From the NCBI GenBank assembly GCA_964510695.1, contig CAZEBV010000001.1:1-44996 (forward strand): a stretch of DNA of 44,996 bases. Reading direction: 5' to 3'. Under the pieces are notes generated by a model that worked only from the letters and a program-made list of their open reading frames with translations, did no database searches and was not told where the DNA came from. The position numbers and the translations under genes were made by a program. This DNA comes from an uncultured bacterium (lineage in GTDB: Bacteria; T1Sed10-126; CAZEBV01). Each line of letters starts with the position of its first letter. The first letter of the stretch is position 1. Below, one piece after another: positions 25,245-31,826 of this stretch.

Positions 25245-26243
25245 TCAGTAGATGCGCGGATAGCGGGACTCGGTGGGCTCCTGCAGGTACTCCTCGTAGA
25301 GGTCGGGGTAATCCTGCTCGAATTGCTTGCTGTCGAATCGCTCATAGACGCGATGCACCTGGGTCACCTTTCGGGTTTCCCCGCGGACGTCCACGGCGAC
25401 TTTTTTGTCCTCGCCCGCGACCTCCATGATCCGGTTTTTGATGGCGTCCAGCTCATCCTCGGCCTCGTCCTTTTGCTCCTTGGCGTCGTCGTATCGCTGG
25501 ATCAACTCCGCCATCTCCCCGGCCTCCTCACCCTCCATTTTCCGCGGTTCGTCGCGGCTGGTGAGGTCGGGGAACCGATCCATGATGTGCTCGCGGGCCG
25601 CATCCGATCCGTCGACGTCGGGGGGCTCTCGGTCGATCACGCTCTGGACGAACGCCTGTTCCTCCCGCTCGATTCGTTCAATCAGCTCGTCGTCGATGGG
25701 GACTCGCCGGATCTGCAGGTCGTGGGACCCGATCAGCGCGGCCACCCAGGCGTGGTCGTAGCCCTTGACGGCACACTGGTGATGCACCTGGACGATCGTT
25801 CGGGCGGGTACGATTTCGGATCCCTCGGACCCGAACCACTCATCCTTCAGCCGGACGCTGGTGTTCTTGACCTCCAGGACCCCCACGCCGTCGGGGTGGT
25901 CGATGATTTCCCGGTCGACGTTGGCGGTCATCCAGTCATGCTCCTCGTGCTGGAGGACCTGGTGGCGGTTCTGGATCGTCCAGCCCATCTCCTCCGCGGC
26001 CAGCCGGGCGATAACATCCTCGATCTCGGTGCCGACGCGAACGGCCATGTTGTCGCTGAGGTCCTCGGGCTCCAGCTCGCCCGTCTTTTCGAGCCAAAGC
26101 TGGTACTCGGACTTCCAGGGGTTCACCCCGAGGACCGCGCTGGCGTCCGACGACCCGATGCGCGGATTGTCGGGGGACCCGGAACGGGCCCTGAGCCATT
26201 CGTCGTGAGTCATCTCCTGCCGGTTTCCGAGGGTGCGAGTCAT
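25245..26243 (-). CDS. YqaJ/lambda-Exo-type recombination exonuclease
   Basis: IGSSDASAVLGVNPWKSEYQLWLEKTG ... GVLEVKN matches the YqaJ family. Confidence 0.8.
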   Translation of the reverse strand: MTRTLGNRQEMTHDEWLRARSGSPDNPRIGSSDASAVLGVNPWKSEYQLWLEKTGELEPEDLSDNMAVRVGTEIEDVIARLAAEEMGWTIQNRHQVLQHEEHDWMTANVDREIIDHPDGVGVLEVKNTSVRLKDEWFGSEGSEIVPARTIVQVHHQCAVKGYDHAWVAALIGSHDLQIRRVPIDDELIERIEREEQAFVQSVIDREPPDVDGSDAAREHIMDRFPDLTSRDEPRKMEGEEAGEMAELIQRYDDAKEQKDEAEDELDAIKNRIMEVAGEDKKVAVDVRGETRKVTQVHRVYERFDSKQFEQDYPDLYEEYLQEPTESRYPRIY

Positions 26244-26524
26244 GACCGAACCCTCCTCTGGATTCGGGCCTTGCGCTCACGGAGCCGATACAGGTGGGTG
26301 TGTGTCTCGGCGATCTCGGTGGTGAGGGTCTCCATCTGGCGCTTGATCGCCTTGAGCTTCTGGCGGCTCCCGGGGACGTACTGGTAGAGGCGATACTGCC
26401 GCAGAAGCCGCTTGTGCTCGTCCTCCAGCTCGGCCAGGTGATCGGCCCGCTGGCGAATCTGGCGGTCGAGCTCGTCGAAGTAGGCGTCGAGCATCTGGCG
26501 GGCGATTCGGCGTCGGCGACTCAT
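26240..26524 (-). CDS. Hypothetical basic coiled-coil protein
   Basis: 94 aa with coupled overlaps at both ends. Confidence 0.5.
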   Translation of the reverse strand: MSRRRRIARQMLDAYFDELDRQIRQRADHLAELEDEHKRLLRQYRLYQYVPGSRQKLKAIKRQMETLTTEIAETHTHLYRLRERKARIQRRVRS

Positions 26525-26766
26525 GCCGTCCCACCCACCCGATCGGCCGGGTCCTCGTCCTCGTGGTCGTCTCCCAGCACGATCCGCTCGGCTTCCCGGG
26601 CGGCCTGGTCCAGTCCTTTCGCATGGCCATGGCCGCGGCCACGGTCCACATGCTTCGCGGCTTCCTTGGCCCCCTCGGCCAGCCCCCGGAGTCGGTTCAA
26701 AAGCCGGGCGACCTCGTGGCGCTCAAGCTCGCGGACGTCGTCGGGGTAGTAGGCGTCGGTGGTCAT
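26521..26766 (-). CDS. Hypothetical protein (81 aa)
   Basis: Internal ATG 26766 forms an ATGA overlap with the upstream stop. The longer track ORF has an Arg/Gly-rich, implausible N-terminus. Confidence 0.5.
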   Translation of the reverse strand: MTTDAYYPDDVRELERHEVARLLNRLRGLAEGAKEAAKHVDRGRGHGHAKGLDQAAREAERIVLGDDHEDEDPADRVGGTA

Positions 26767-27059
26767 GCCGGAACACCCGCCAGCCGCCGGCGTTCTTCCT
26801 CGCGGCGAAGGGCCTTGTCCCGTGCTTCCTCCAGGAAGCCCTCCCCGACGTCCTCGGTGACGTCCTTGCGTTCGAGGCCGGAGCACTCCCCGGTGCGAAC
26901 AACCGAGTGAATCTCGACCTCGGGGTACTGCGCGGGGTGGGCCTTGCCCGGTGGGTTCTTGCGGGCGGGCTTGTAGCGGCCCGAAACGGAATAGTCGACC
27001 TCGTACTCCAGCTCCAGTTCCTCACCGGGCAGGAGTCGAGATCGGTAGATGGTGAGCAT
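26763..27059 (-). CDS. Hypothetical protein
   Basis: 98 aa. GGAGGGA SD before ATG 27059. Confidence 0.55.
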   Translation of the reverse strand: MLTIYRSRLLPGEELELEYEVDYSVSGRYKPARKNPPGKAHPAQYPEVEIHSVVRTGECSGLERKDVTEDVGEGFLEEARDKALRREEERRRLAGVPA

Positions 27060-27078
27060 GGCGCGTCCCTCCGAGTGG

Positions 27079-27618
27079 TTAAGCTACGCTTCTCGAACCG
27101 TTCCTACTCCCCAAAGCGGCCTCCTTTTCAGGAGCCGAGCCGGACGTGTCACATTCCGTCACGAGCGAGTCCTTGTAGCGGTGGGTGCCCCGGAAGACGC
27201 CGACCACGTGATCGCCCTCGATCGAGCCCCCGCTTCCGGCACACGACCGGGAGCAGTAGGTGTGTTTGTTGGGCTTGACGAGGTGGGTCTGTCGGCGGCG
27301 TCGGATGAAGATGGCCTCGCAGGAGGGGCACCGAAGCACGGCCCACGTGATGCCCGTGGACTTGTGCTCCCGGCAGTGGACGCTGTCGGTGACGACTTCC
27401 AGGTTCTCGATTCGGTTGTCGGACTTGTCTTCGTTCAGGTGGTGAACATGCTCGTTAGGGCGAAGATAACGGCCTAACTCGGCCTCCATGACCAGGCGGT
27501 GCTCGTAGACGTACCCGCCATGCTTGGAAGCCTGGGGATGGTCGGGGACCTTGCACCGGATGTAGCCGCAACCGTTCGTCGACCGGCCCCGAATGTCCCA
27601 CTTGCCGATGGTGTCCAC
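27079..27618 (-). CDS. HNH endonuclease with a C-terminal Cys cluster
   Basis: VHHLNEDKSDNRIENLE HNH core; CPSCE...CSRSC. GTG start with GGAGGGG SD. First gene after attP. Confidence 0.8.
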   Translation of the reverse strand: MDTIGKWDIRGRSTNGCGYIRCKVPDHPQASKHGGYVYEHRLVMEAELGRYLRPNEHVHHLNEDKSDNRIENLEVVTDSVHCREHKSTGITWAVLRCPSCEAIFIRRRRQTHLVKPNKHTYCSRSCAGSGGSIEGDHVVGVFRGTHRYKDSLVTECDTSGSAPEKEAALGSRNGSRSVA

Positions 27619-27718
27619 CAGGTGCCCCTCCAGGACGGAAGGGCGCTTGAAGGGAAAACGTCAGCGGGGTAGGATTATCCTCCTGATTTCACGAGAAGGA
27701 ACGATCAACACACGGCCG

Positions 27719-27768
27719 TCTCGTTGCCAACGAGAAGGTCGGGGGTTCAAATCCCCTCACCCGCTCCA
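27719..27768 (+). other. attP core: 3' 50 nt of a tRNA-Gly(GCC), from the anticodon stem to CCA
   Basis: TCTCG-TTGCCAA-CGAGA anticodon arm (GCC), AGGTC variable loop, GGGGG-TTCAAAT-CCCCT T-arm, CACCCGC-T-CCA acceptor end. No D-arm or 5' acceptor strand upstream. Integrase lies 450 bp away. Confidence 0.75.
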
Positions 27769-27803
27769 TTCAAACGCCCTATCCGCTTTTCAAAGAATCC
27801 TGC

Positions 27804-27822
27804 CTGTCACGATCTGTCACGA
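27804..27822. repeat. Tandem direct repeat CTGTCACGA-T-CTGTCACGA (candidate integrase arm-type or accessory sites)
   Basis: Two identical 9-mers 10 bp apart, 36 bp from the tRNA-derived core, followed by GACTTC-N4-GACTTC. Confidence 0.4.
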
Positions 27823-27842
27823 CTTCCTCTGACTTCAACCCT

Positions 27843-27871
27843 TATTATTCCTACCAGAATAGGAATGTCAA
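27843..27871 (-). promoter_or_regulatory. Candidate sigma70-type early promoter with an embedded dyad operator
   Basis: On the - strand: TTGACA (27871..27866), 17 bp, ATAATA (27848..27843). The perfect dyad ATTCCTA-N6-TAGGAAT (27847..27866) fills the spacer. Points toward attP and the HNH/early operon. Confidence 0.45.
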
Positions 27872-27878
27872 GGGGGTT

Positions 27879-28085
27879 CTACCCCTGGAGTTCAAGCTCC
27901 TGTTTCAGGATTCGTTGCCAGGGCTTCGAGGGGGTGGCGTATCCGGTGAGCCACTTGCTAATTCGAGGCTGGTCTGTGTCGAGCTGGTCGGCAAGCTCCT
28001 CCTGGGTGAGACCGTTTTCGTCCATGTAATCTTGGATGGCTTCGCTCCAGTCGATCTCGTCGGCCATCGTGGACTCCGTTGACAT
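27879..28085 (-). CDS. Cro/CI-type HTH protein (Cro-like regulator or excision factor)
   Basis: NGLTQEELADQLDTDQPRISKWLTG HTH. GGGAGG SD. Divergent from the integrase gene. Confidence 0.7.
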   Translation of the reverse strand: MSTESTMADEIDWSEAIQDYMDENGLTQEELADQLDTDQPRISKWLTGYATPSKPWQRILKQELELQG

Positions 28086-28118
28086 GAGATTCCTCCCACA
28101 GTGATTTAGGTTGCTCCT

Positions 28119-28147
28119 ATTCTTAACCGAATATCCCTTGACGTCAA
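28119..28147 (-). promoter_or_regulatory. Candidate promoter for the Cro-like gene
   Basis: On the - strand: TTGACG (28147..28142), 17 bp, AAGAAT (or 16 bp, TAAGAA). Shares the palindrome TTGACGTCAA with P-int. Confidence 0.35.
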
Positions 28148-28166
28148 CCGGGGGACCGCCTATACA
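28138..28166 (+). promoter_or_regulatory. Candidate integrase-cassette promoter
   Basis: TTGACG (28138..28143), 17 bp, TATACA (28161..28166). Followed by the half-site TTTACGCGC (28169..28177). Confidence 0.45.
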
Positions 28167-28216
28167 CTTTTACGCGCTGTTTTGTGGGGGTTTCCGGGTG
28201 GGACTCGGTGATCGCC

Positions 28217-29338
28217 ATGAAGGGAAGCATCCAGCAGATCGAGCGTAAGACCAAGACCGTCCACCGTGCCCGCATCGACGTCCCGTCGCCGGACGAGGAC
28301 CGAAAGCAGATCAGCAAGACCTTCGACGAGGAGGGGGATGCGACGACGTGGCTGATCCAGAAGAACCACGAGATCAGCACGGGGACGCTGGTGACGCCCT
28401 CCGAGATGTCGATGAAGCAGTACCTCCAGAAGTGGATGGAGGATGAGAGGGACGCGATTCGCCCCAAGACCCACCAGAAGCGCCAGTGGGCCATGAACCA
28501 CATCCTGCCCGCCCTGGGGCACGTGGAGGTCGGGGATCTTACGCCCTACCACCTACAGACGCTTTACCAGGACAGGCTGGAGGACCTCGCGCCCAGCTCG
28601 GTGAAGAACCTGCACGAGATCCTGCACAACGCCCTGCGAAACGCCTGCCGGCTGGAGATCATCGCGGACAACCCGGCGAAGAACGTGTCCCCGCCCGCGA
28701 AGCCGGACCCGGATTTCACGGTCCTCGACGGCGAGCAGATCGAACGCTACCTGTCAGCCGCCCGGGGCCGGCGGTACTACCCCGTGCTTCTGACGCTCGT
28801 GATGACCGGCCTCCGGCGCGGCGAGGCGCTGGGGCTACGGTGGGAGGACGTCTCGCTGGATGAGGCGAGCCTGAGCGTGCGTAAGACGCTGGGGCGCACC
28901 GACGAGGGGCTGGGGTTGGGCGATGTGAAGACCGCCTCCAGCCGGCGCTCTGTGGCGCTCATGGAGGCCAACGTAAAGGCGCTTCGGGACTGGAAACAGC
29001 GCCAGCTTCAGGAGCGTTTGAACCACCCGGACCTGGCCGGGCGCTCCGAGCTGGTCTATACGACCTCGGAGGGTAATCCCGTCCACCCTCGAAGCCTGCT
29101 GAGGTCCCACAACAAGGTCGTCGATCAGGCCGACGTCCCCGACGTCACGATCCACGACCTGCGCCACACGCACGCCACGCAGATGCTCCGGAATGGGACC
29201 CACCCGAAGGTCGTCCAGGAGCGGCTGGGACACTCCCGGATCGAGGTCACGATGGACACCTACAGCCACGTTTTGCCCGGGATGCAGGAGGACGCGGTGG
29301 AGGCGCTTGAACAGTCGATGGGGGCGGATACGGTATGA
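28217..29338 (+). CDS. int: Tyrosine integrase
   Basis: Catalytic-region motifs LLTLVMTGLRRGE, HDLRHTHAT, LGHSRIEVTMDTYSH. Start set at ATG 28217 (MKGSIQQIERK). Confidence 0.9.
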   Translation: MKGSIQQIERKTKTVHRARIDVPSPDEDRKQISKTFDEEGDATTWLIQKNHEISTGTLVTPSEMSMKQYLQKWMEDERDAIRPKTHQKRQWAMNHILPALGHVEVGDLTPYHLQTLYQDRLEDLAPSSVKNLHEILHNALRNACRLEIIADNPAKNVSPPAKPDPDFTVLDGEQIERYLSAARGRRYYPVLLTLVMTGLRRGEALGLRWEDVSLDEASLSVRKTLGRTDEGLGLGDVKTASSRRSVALMEANVKALRDWKQRQLQERLNHPDLAGRSELVYTTSEGNPVHPRSLLRSHNKVVDQADVPDVTIHDLRHTHATQMLRNGTHPKVVQERLGHSRIEVTMDTYSHVLPGMQEDAVEALEQSMGADTV

Positions 29339-29565
29339 TGGCCCCGTTCAATCCCGAGGATCCGGACCCCGAAACCATCCTGGAGCAGATGGGGCTCACC
29401 GAGGAGGATTTGGCGTTCACGATCACCACGAACCCCTGGTACGTGAAGGCCCAGAAGGACGCCGAACGGCCGAGGTCCTACGGATGGGAGGAGGGCATCA
29501 TCTTTTGCTGTCGGTTCGTGAGCATGACGGGTGGGACGAAAATCACCCGGATGTACATCAACTGA
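29335..29565 (+). CDS. Hypothetical protein
   Basis: 76 aa. ATGA overlap with the integrase stop. Confidence 0.5.
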   Translation: MMAPFNPEDPDPETILEQMGLTEEDLAFTITTNPWYVKAQKDAERPRSYGWEEGIIFCCRFVSMTGGTKITRMYIN

Positions 29566-29575
29566 GGGGGACGGG

Positions 29576-30034
29576 ATGGCCCTGATCCAGTGTCCGGAGT
29601 GCGGCGAGGACGTCTCGGAGAATGCGGAGGCCTGCCCAAACTGCGGGGAGCCCATTAACGGCGGATCGGATGGGCCAAGTGCCGGCCAGGCCATCGGCGC
29701 CTGCGGATGCATCGTCGCCCTGGCCTGTGCCGGCCTGGTCTTTGTGCTCTGGATGGTTTCTGTGGCCGACCGCGTCGATCTGGGAGCTGACGCCGACGGG
29801 GCCGCGGATGTCTGCCGGCAATTCGTGGACGACTGGTTCAAAGATGGCTACCAGACCTCGTACCCCGACGGGATGGAAGACGATGCTTCGAGAGTGGGGA
29901 AGGGCCGGTACCGTGTTAGCTCATCGGTCGAGGCCGTCACCGAGGGCGGCCGCAGGCTACAGAAACGGTTTGACTGCGTCGTTCAGCACCAAGAAGGCAA
30001 GACCTGGAACCTGGTGGATCTCGACGTAAATTAA
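29576..30034 (+). CDS. Zinc-ribbon / single-TM / extracytoplasmic-domain protein
   Basis: CPECG..CPNCG ribbon, TM AIGACGCIVALACAGLVFVLWMV, then a ~90-aa C-domain. Start at ATG 29576 with GAGGGGGA SD. Confidence 0.7.
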   Translation: MALIQCPECGEDVSENAEACPNCGEPINGGSDGPSAGQAIGACGCIVALACAGLVFVLWMVSVADRVDLGADADGAADVCRQFVDDWFKDGYQTSYPDGMEDDASRVGKGRYRVSSSVEAVTEGGRRLQKRFDCVVQHQEGKTWNLVDLDVN

Positions 30035-30047
30035 GGGGGGCAGAATC

Positions 30048-30452
30048 GTGGAGAACAACGCCGCCGCACTCATAGCGCTCATTTACCTTATGGGCATCTT
30101 CGGGATGTATGTGCTCTTTTCGATCCTCGCCGGGGTCTACTACAGCAGCAAGGAAGGCGCCTTCTGGCGGGCCTTTCTGATCTCGCTGTTGTTCTCGCCG
30201 CTCATCGGGTTCGTCTTTGCCCTGGCATCGGACCCGGTCGATCGGAAACCATGCCCCGCCTGTGCTGAGAAAATCCGGGCGGAGGCCTCGAAGTGCAAAC
30301 ACTGCGGGGAGCAGCTCGAGGCGGCGCCGGCCGAGGAGGAGCCCGAAACGAAGACGCTATCGGAGAGTCAGGCCAGAACCAGCACCGTGGCGATGGTCTT
30401 CTGGGGGGTCGGGGGCGTTATTGTTCTCCTCTTGATCCTGTCGTCTCTCTGA
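30048..30452 (+). CDS. Multi-TM membrane protein with an internal zinc ribbon
   Basis: Two to three N-terminal TM segments, CPACAEKI..CKHCG, and a C-terminal TM. GTG start after GGGGGG. Confidence 0.7.
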   Translation: MENNAAALIALIYLMGIFGMYVLFSILAGVYYSSKEGAFWRAFLISLLFSPLIGFVFALASDPVDRKPCPACAEKIRAEASKCKHCGEQLEAAPAEEEPETKTLSESQARTSTVAMVFWGVGGVIVLLLILSSL

Positions 30453-30504
30453 GGTTAGCCCCTCCGGCACCGATTAAAGGCGACCTCGACGCGCACCTGG
30501 TGGG

Positions 30505-30975
30505 TCATCGGTTCTTGTTGACGCCCTTCCCCTTCTCCCAGCTGCGCATGCCCCCCAGCCCGAGCATCCCGAGCAGGACGGGCATCAGGGTCTCCATCTT
30601 CGGCTGCGGGAGCTGCTCGAGGGGGATCTCCACGCCGCCCACCTTCACAGCGAACAGCAGGAACGGGTACAGGACGGTCCCGTAGGCCAGCGCGGTCCCG
30701 CAGATCCACCCGATCGCCGGCCGCCATCCGGCGATGAACATGGACTCGCTCTTGGCCTCCTGGAGGTTGATGTCCGTTTGGGCCATCGCCTCGGCGTGGG
30801 TCTTGGCGAGTCGCTCGAGCTCCCCCTTCTGGCGAAGCTCGGCCAGCTTCCGCTTCGCCTCGCGCTTGGCCTCCGGATCCTCTGGAAGCACCCGCTCGAG
30901 GACTTCATCCACGGGCCCCCCTTCCCCGACGAACGCCTCCACGACGCCGCCGGTCAGCATGCTGGCGATGTTCAT
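30505..30975 (-). CDS. Holin (3-TM, GTA-release-type family)
   Basis: SMFIAGWRPAIGWICGTALAYGTVLYPFLL signature plus further TM segments. Start at ATG 30975 with GGAGG SD. Confidence 0.6.
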   Translation of the reverse strand: MNIASMLTGGVVEAFVGEGGPVDEVLERVLPEDPEAKREAKRKLAELRQKGELERLAKTHAEAMAQTDINLQEAKSESMFIAGWRPAIGWICGTALAYGTVLYPFLLFAVKVGGVEIPLEQLPQPKMETLMPVLLGMLGLGGMRSWEKGKGVNKNR

Positions 30976-30979
30976 GGCG

Positions 30980-31120
30980 TCAGAACCTCCCCTCCCGGTC
31001 GTTCGGATCAAAGGACTTCATGAACCGATGAAACGCCCAGAGGCCCACGACAACACAGGCCGAGACCATCCCGATCGTCCCCAGCACGATCAGCGTCCAC
31101 TTCACGATCAGATGGACCAT
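30980..31120 (-). CDS. 46-aa single-TM protein (holin partner or spanin-like)
   Basis: MVHLIVKWTLIVLGTIGMVSACVVVGLWAF. GAGGGG SD directly after the palindrome at 31132. Below the ORF-track cut-off. Confidence 0.45.
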   Translation of the reverse strand: MVHLIVKWTLIVLGTIGMVSACVVVGLWAFHRFMKSFDPNDREGRF

Positions 31121-31131
31121 CTGGACCCCTC

Positions 31132-31145
31132 TTTACGCGCGTAAA
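31132..31145. repeat. Palindrome copy 4 (perfect)
   Basis: Lies between the stop at 31146 and the SD of the 46-aa TM gene, upstream of the holin. Confidence 0.8.
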
Positions 31146-31244
31146 TCACTGCCGGAACCGCCGCCAAACCCATCCGAGCCCGAAACTTACCGCGACGGTC
31201 CCGCCGATCAGCCCCCACAGTGGAGGAGGGATTTCTTTCACCAT
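31146..31244 (-). CDS. 32-aa single-TM mini-protein (tentative)
   Basis: MVKEIPPPLWGLIGGTVAVSFGLGWVWRRFRQ. Stop abuts the palindrome. No clear SD. Confidence 0.3.
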   Translation of the reverse strand: MVKEIPPPLWGLIGGTVAVSFGLGWVWRRFRQ

Positions 31245-31290
31245 GCGCCAGGTCGTCGTGGTCTGCAGGTAACCGGGGCGGCGGTCCGGG

Positions 31291-31824
31291 TCAGCCATCC
31301 GTGCCCAGCTCCACGTTGACCACCTGGAGGTCGAACTCGGATCCCGTGATGCGCCCCATGATGCGCTCGTGAGCCTTGCGGGAGTTCCACACGGCCGCCT
31401 CGCCGGTGTCGGGGTGATGTCCGGCCCCCATGCCGGGGGCGATGCACCCAGACAACTCGCTGGGGTAGTTGGCGACGTGAATCAAAATCCAGGTTCGGTC
31501 CTCGACGTCCTCGAGGTGGATGTGGCGGTAGGGGTAGTTCTCGGACTCGCCGGCCGGCCGGATCCGGGCGGGATAGACCCCCCGCGGGATGCAGCTGGCC
31601 ATGCGCTGGTTGTCCTTCCAGGGGTTCTCGATGGTGTGGTAGACGTGGGGGTGCTCACCGGCCAGCCGCGAGGCTCGCTCGAGGGAGCCGGCGGCGTCGG
31701 TGGGCCCGCCGTCCAGGAAGGACAGGGACCGGCCCAGCTGGGGCCCGACGTCCCCGCCAAAAAAGAGCAGGCCCCTCGTATGGGAGGAGCCATACTGATA
31801 CCTCGCAACCGTGATCCGGAGCAT
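31291..31824 (-). CDS. Putative endolysin with a YkuD-like L,D-peptidase fold (DUF5675-like)
   Basis: SCIPRGVY ... ILIHVANYPSELSGCIAPG resembles the H-x-N...S-x-GC active-site motif. Sits upstream of the holin genes. Preceded by two tandem CTTGGGGA(A)GTAGG leaders. Confidence 0.55.
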   Translation of the reverse strand: MLRITVARYQYGSSHTRGLLFFGGDVGPQLGRSLSFLDGGPTDAAGSLERASRLAGEHPHVYHTIENPWKDNQRMASCIPRGVYPARIRPAGESENYPYRHIHLEDVEDRTWILIHVANYPSELSGCIAPGMGAGHHPDTGEAAVWNSRKAHERIMGRITGSEFDLQVVNVELGTDG

Positions 31825-31826
31825 GG

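Noticed and set aside
27660-27768. A complete tRNA gene (or a tmRNA-like gene) ending at 27768.
   Set aside because: Only the anticodon arm, variable loop, T-arm and 3' acceptor strand are present. The upstream 60 nt contain neither a D-arm nor the GCGGGTG 5' acceptor strand. I interpret it as the attP core.
27724-28029. A 101-aa + strand ORF spanning the tRNA fragment and running antisense to the Cro-like gene.
   Set aside because: It has a TTG start inside the tRNA-derived sequence and no SD. It overlaps a better-supported HTH gene on the other strand.
28144-28503. - strand ORFs (28144..28503 and 28160..28552) antisense to the integrase 5' end.
   Set aside because: They have implausible composition and would occupy the divergent promoter region. 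The integrase frame has clear catalytic motifs.
30453-30504. A bidirectional intrinsic terminator in the convergent gap between the integrase cassette and the holin gene.
   Set aside because: I could not find a convincing GC-rich stem followed by a T-run on either strand. This needs an RNA-folding or terminator-prediction program.
2244-31145. The TTTACGCGCGTAAA copies acting as intrinsic terminators.
   Set aside because: As RNA they would form only a roughly 5-bp AU-rich stem with a 4-nt loop and have no U-tract. The next SD follows within 1-9 nt.
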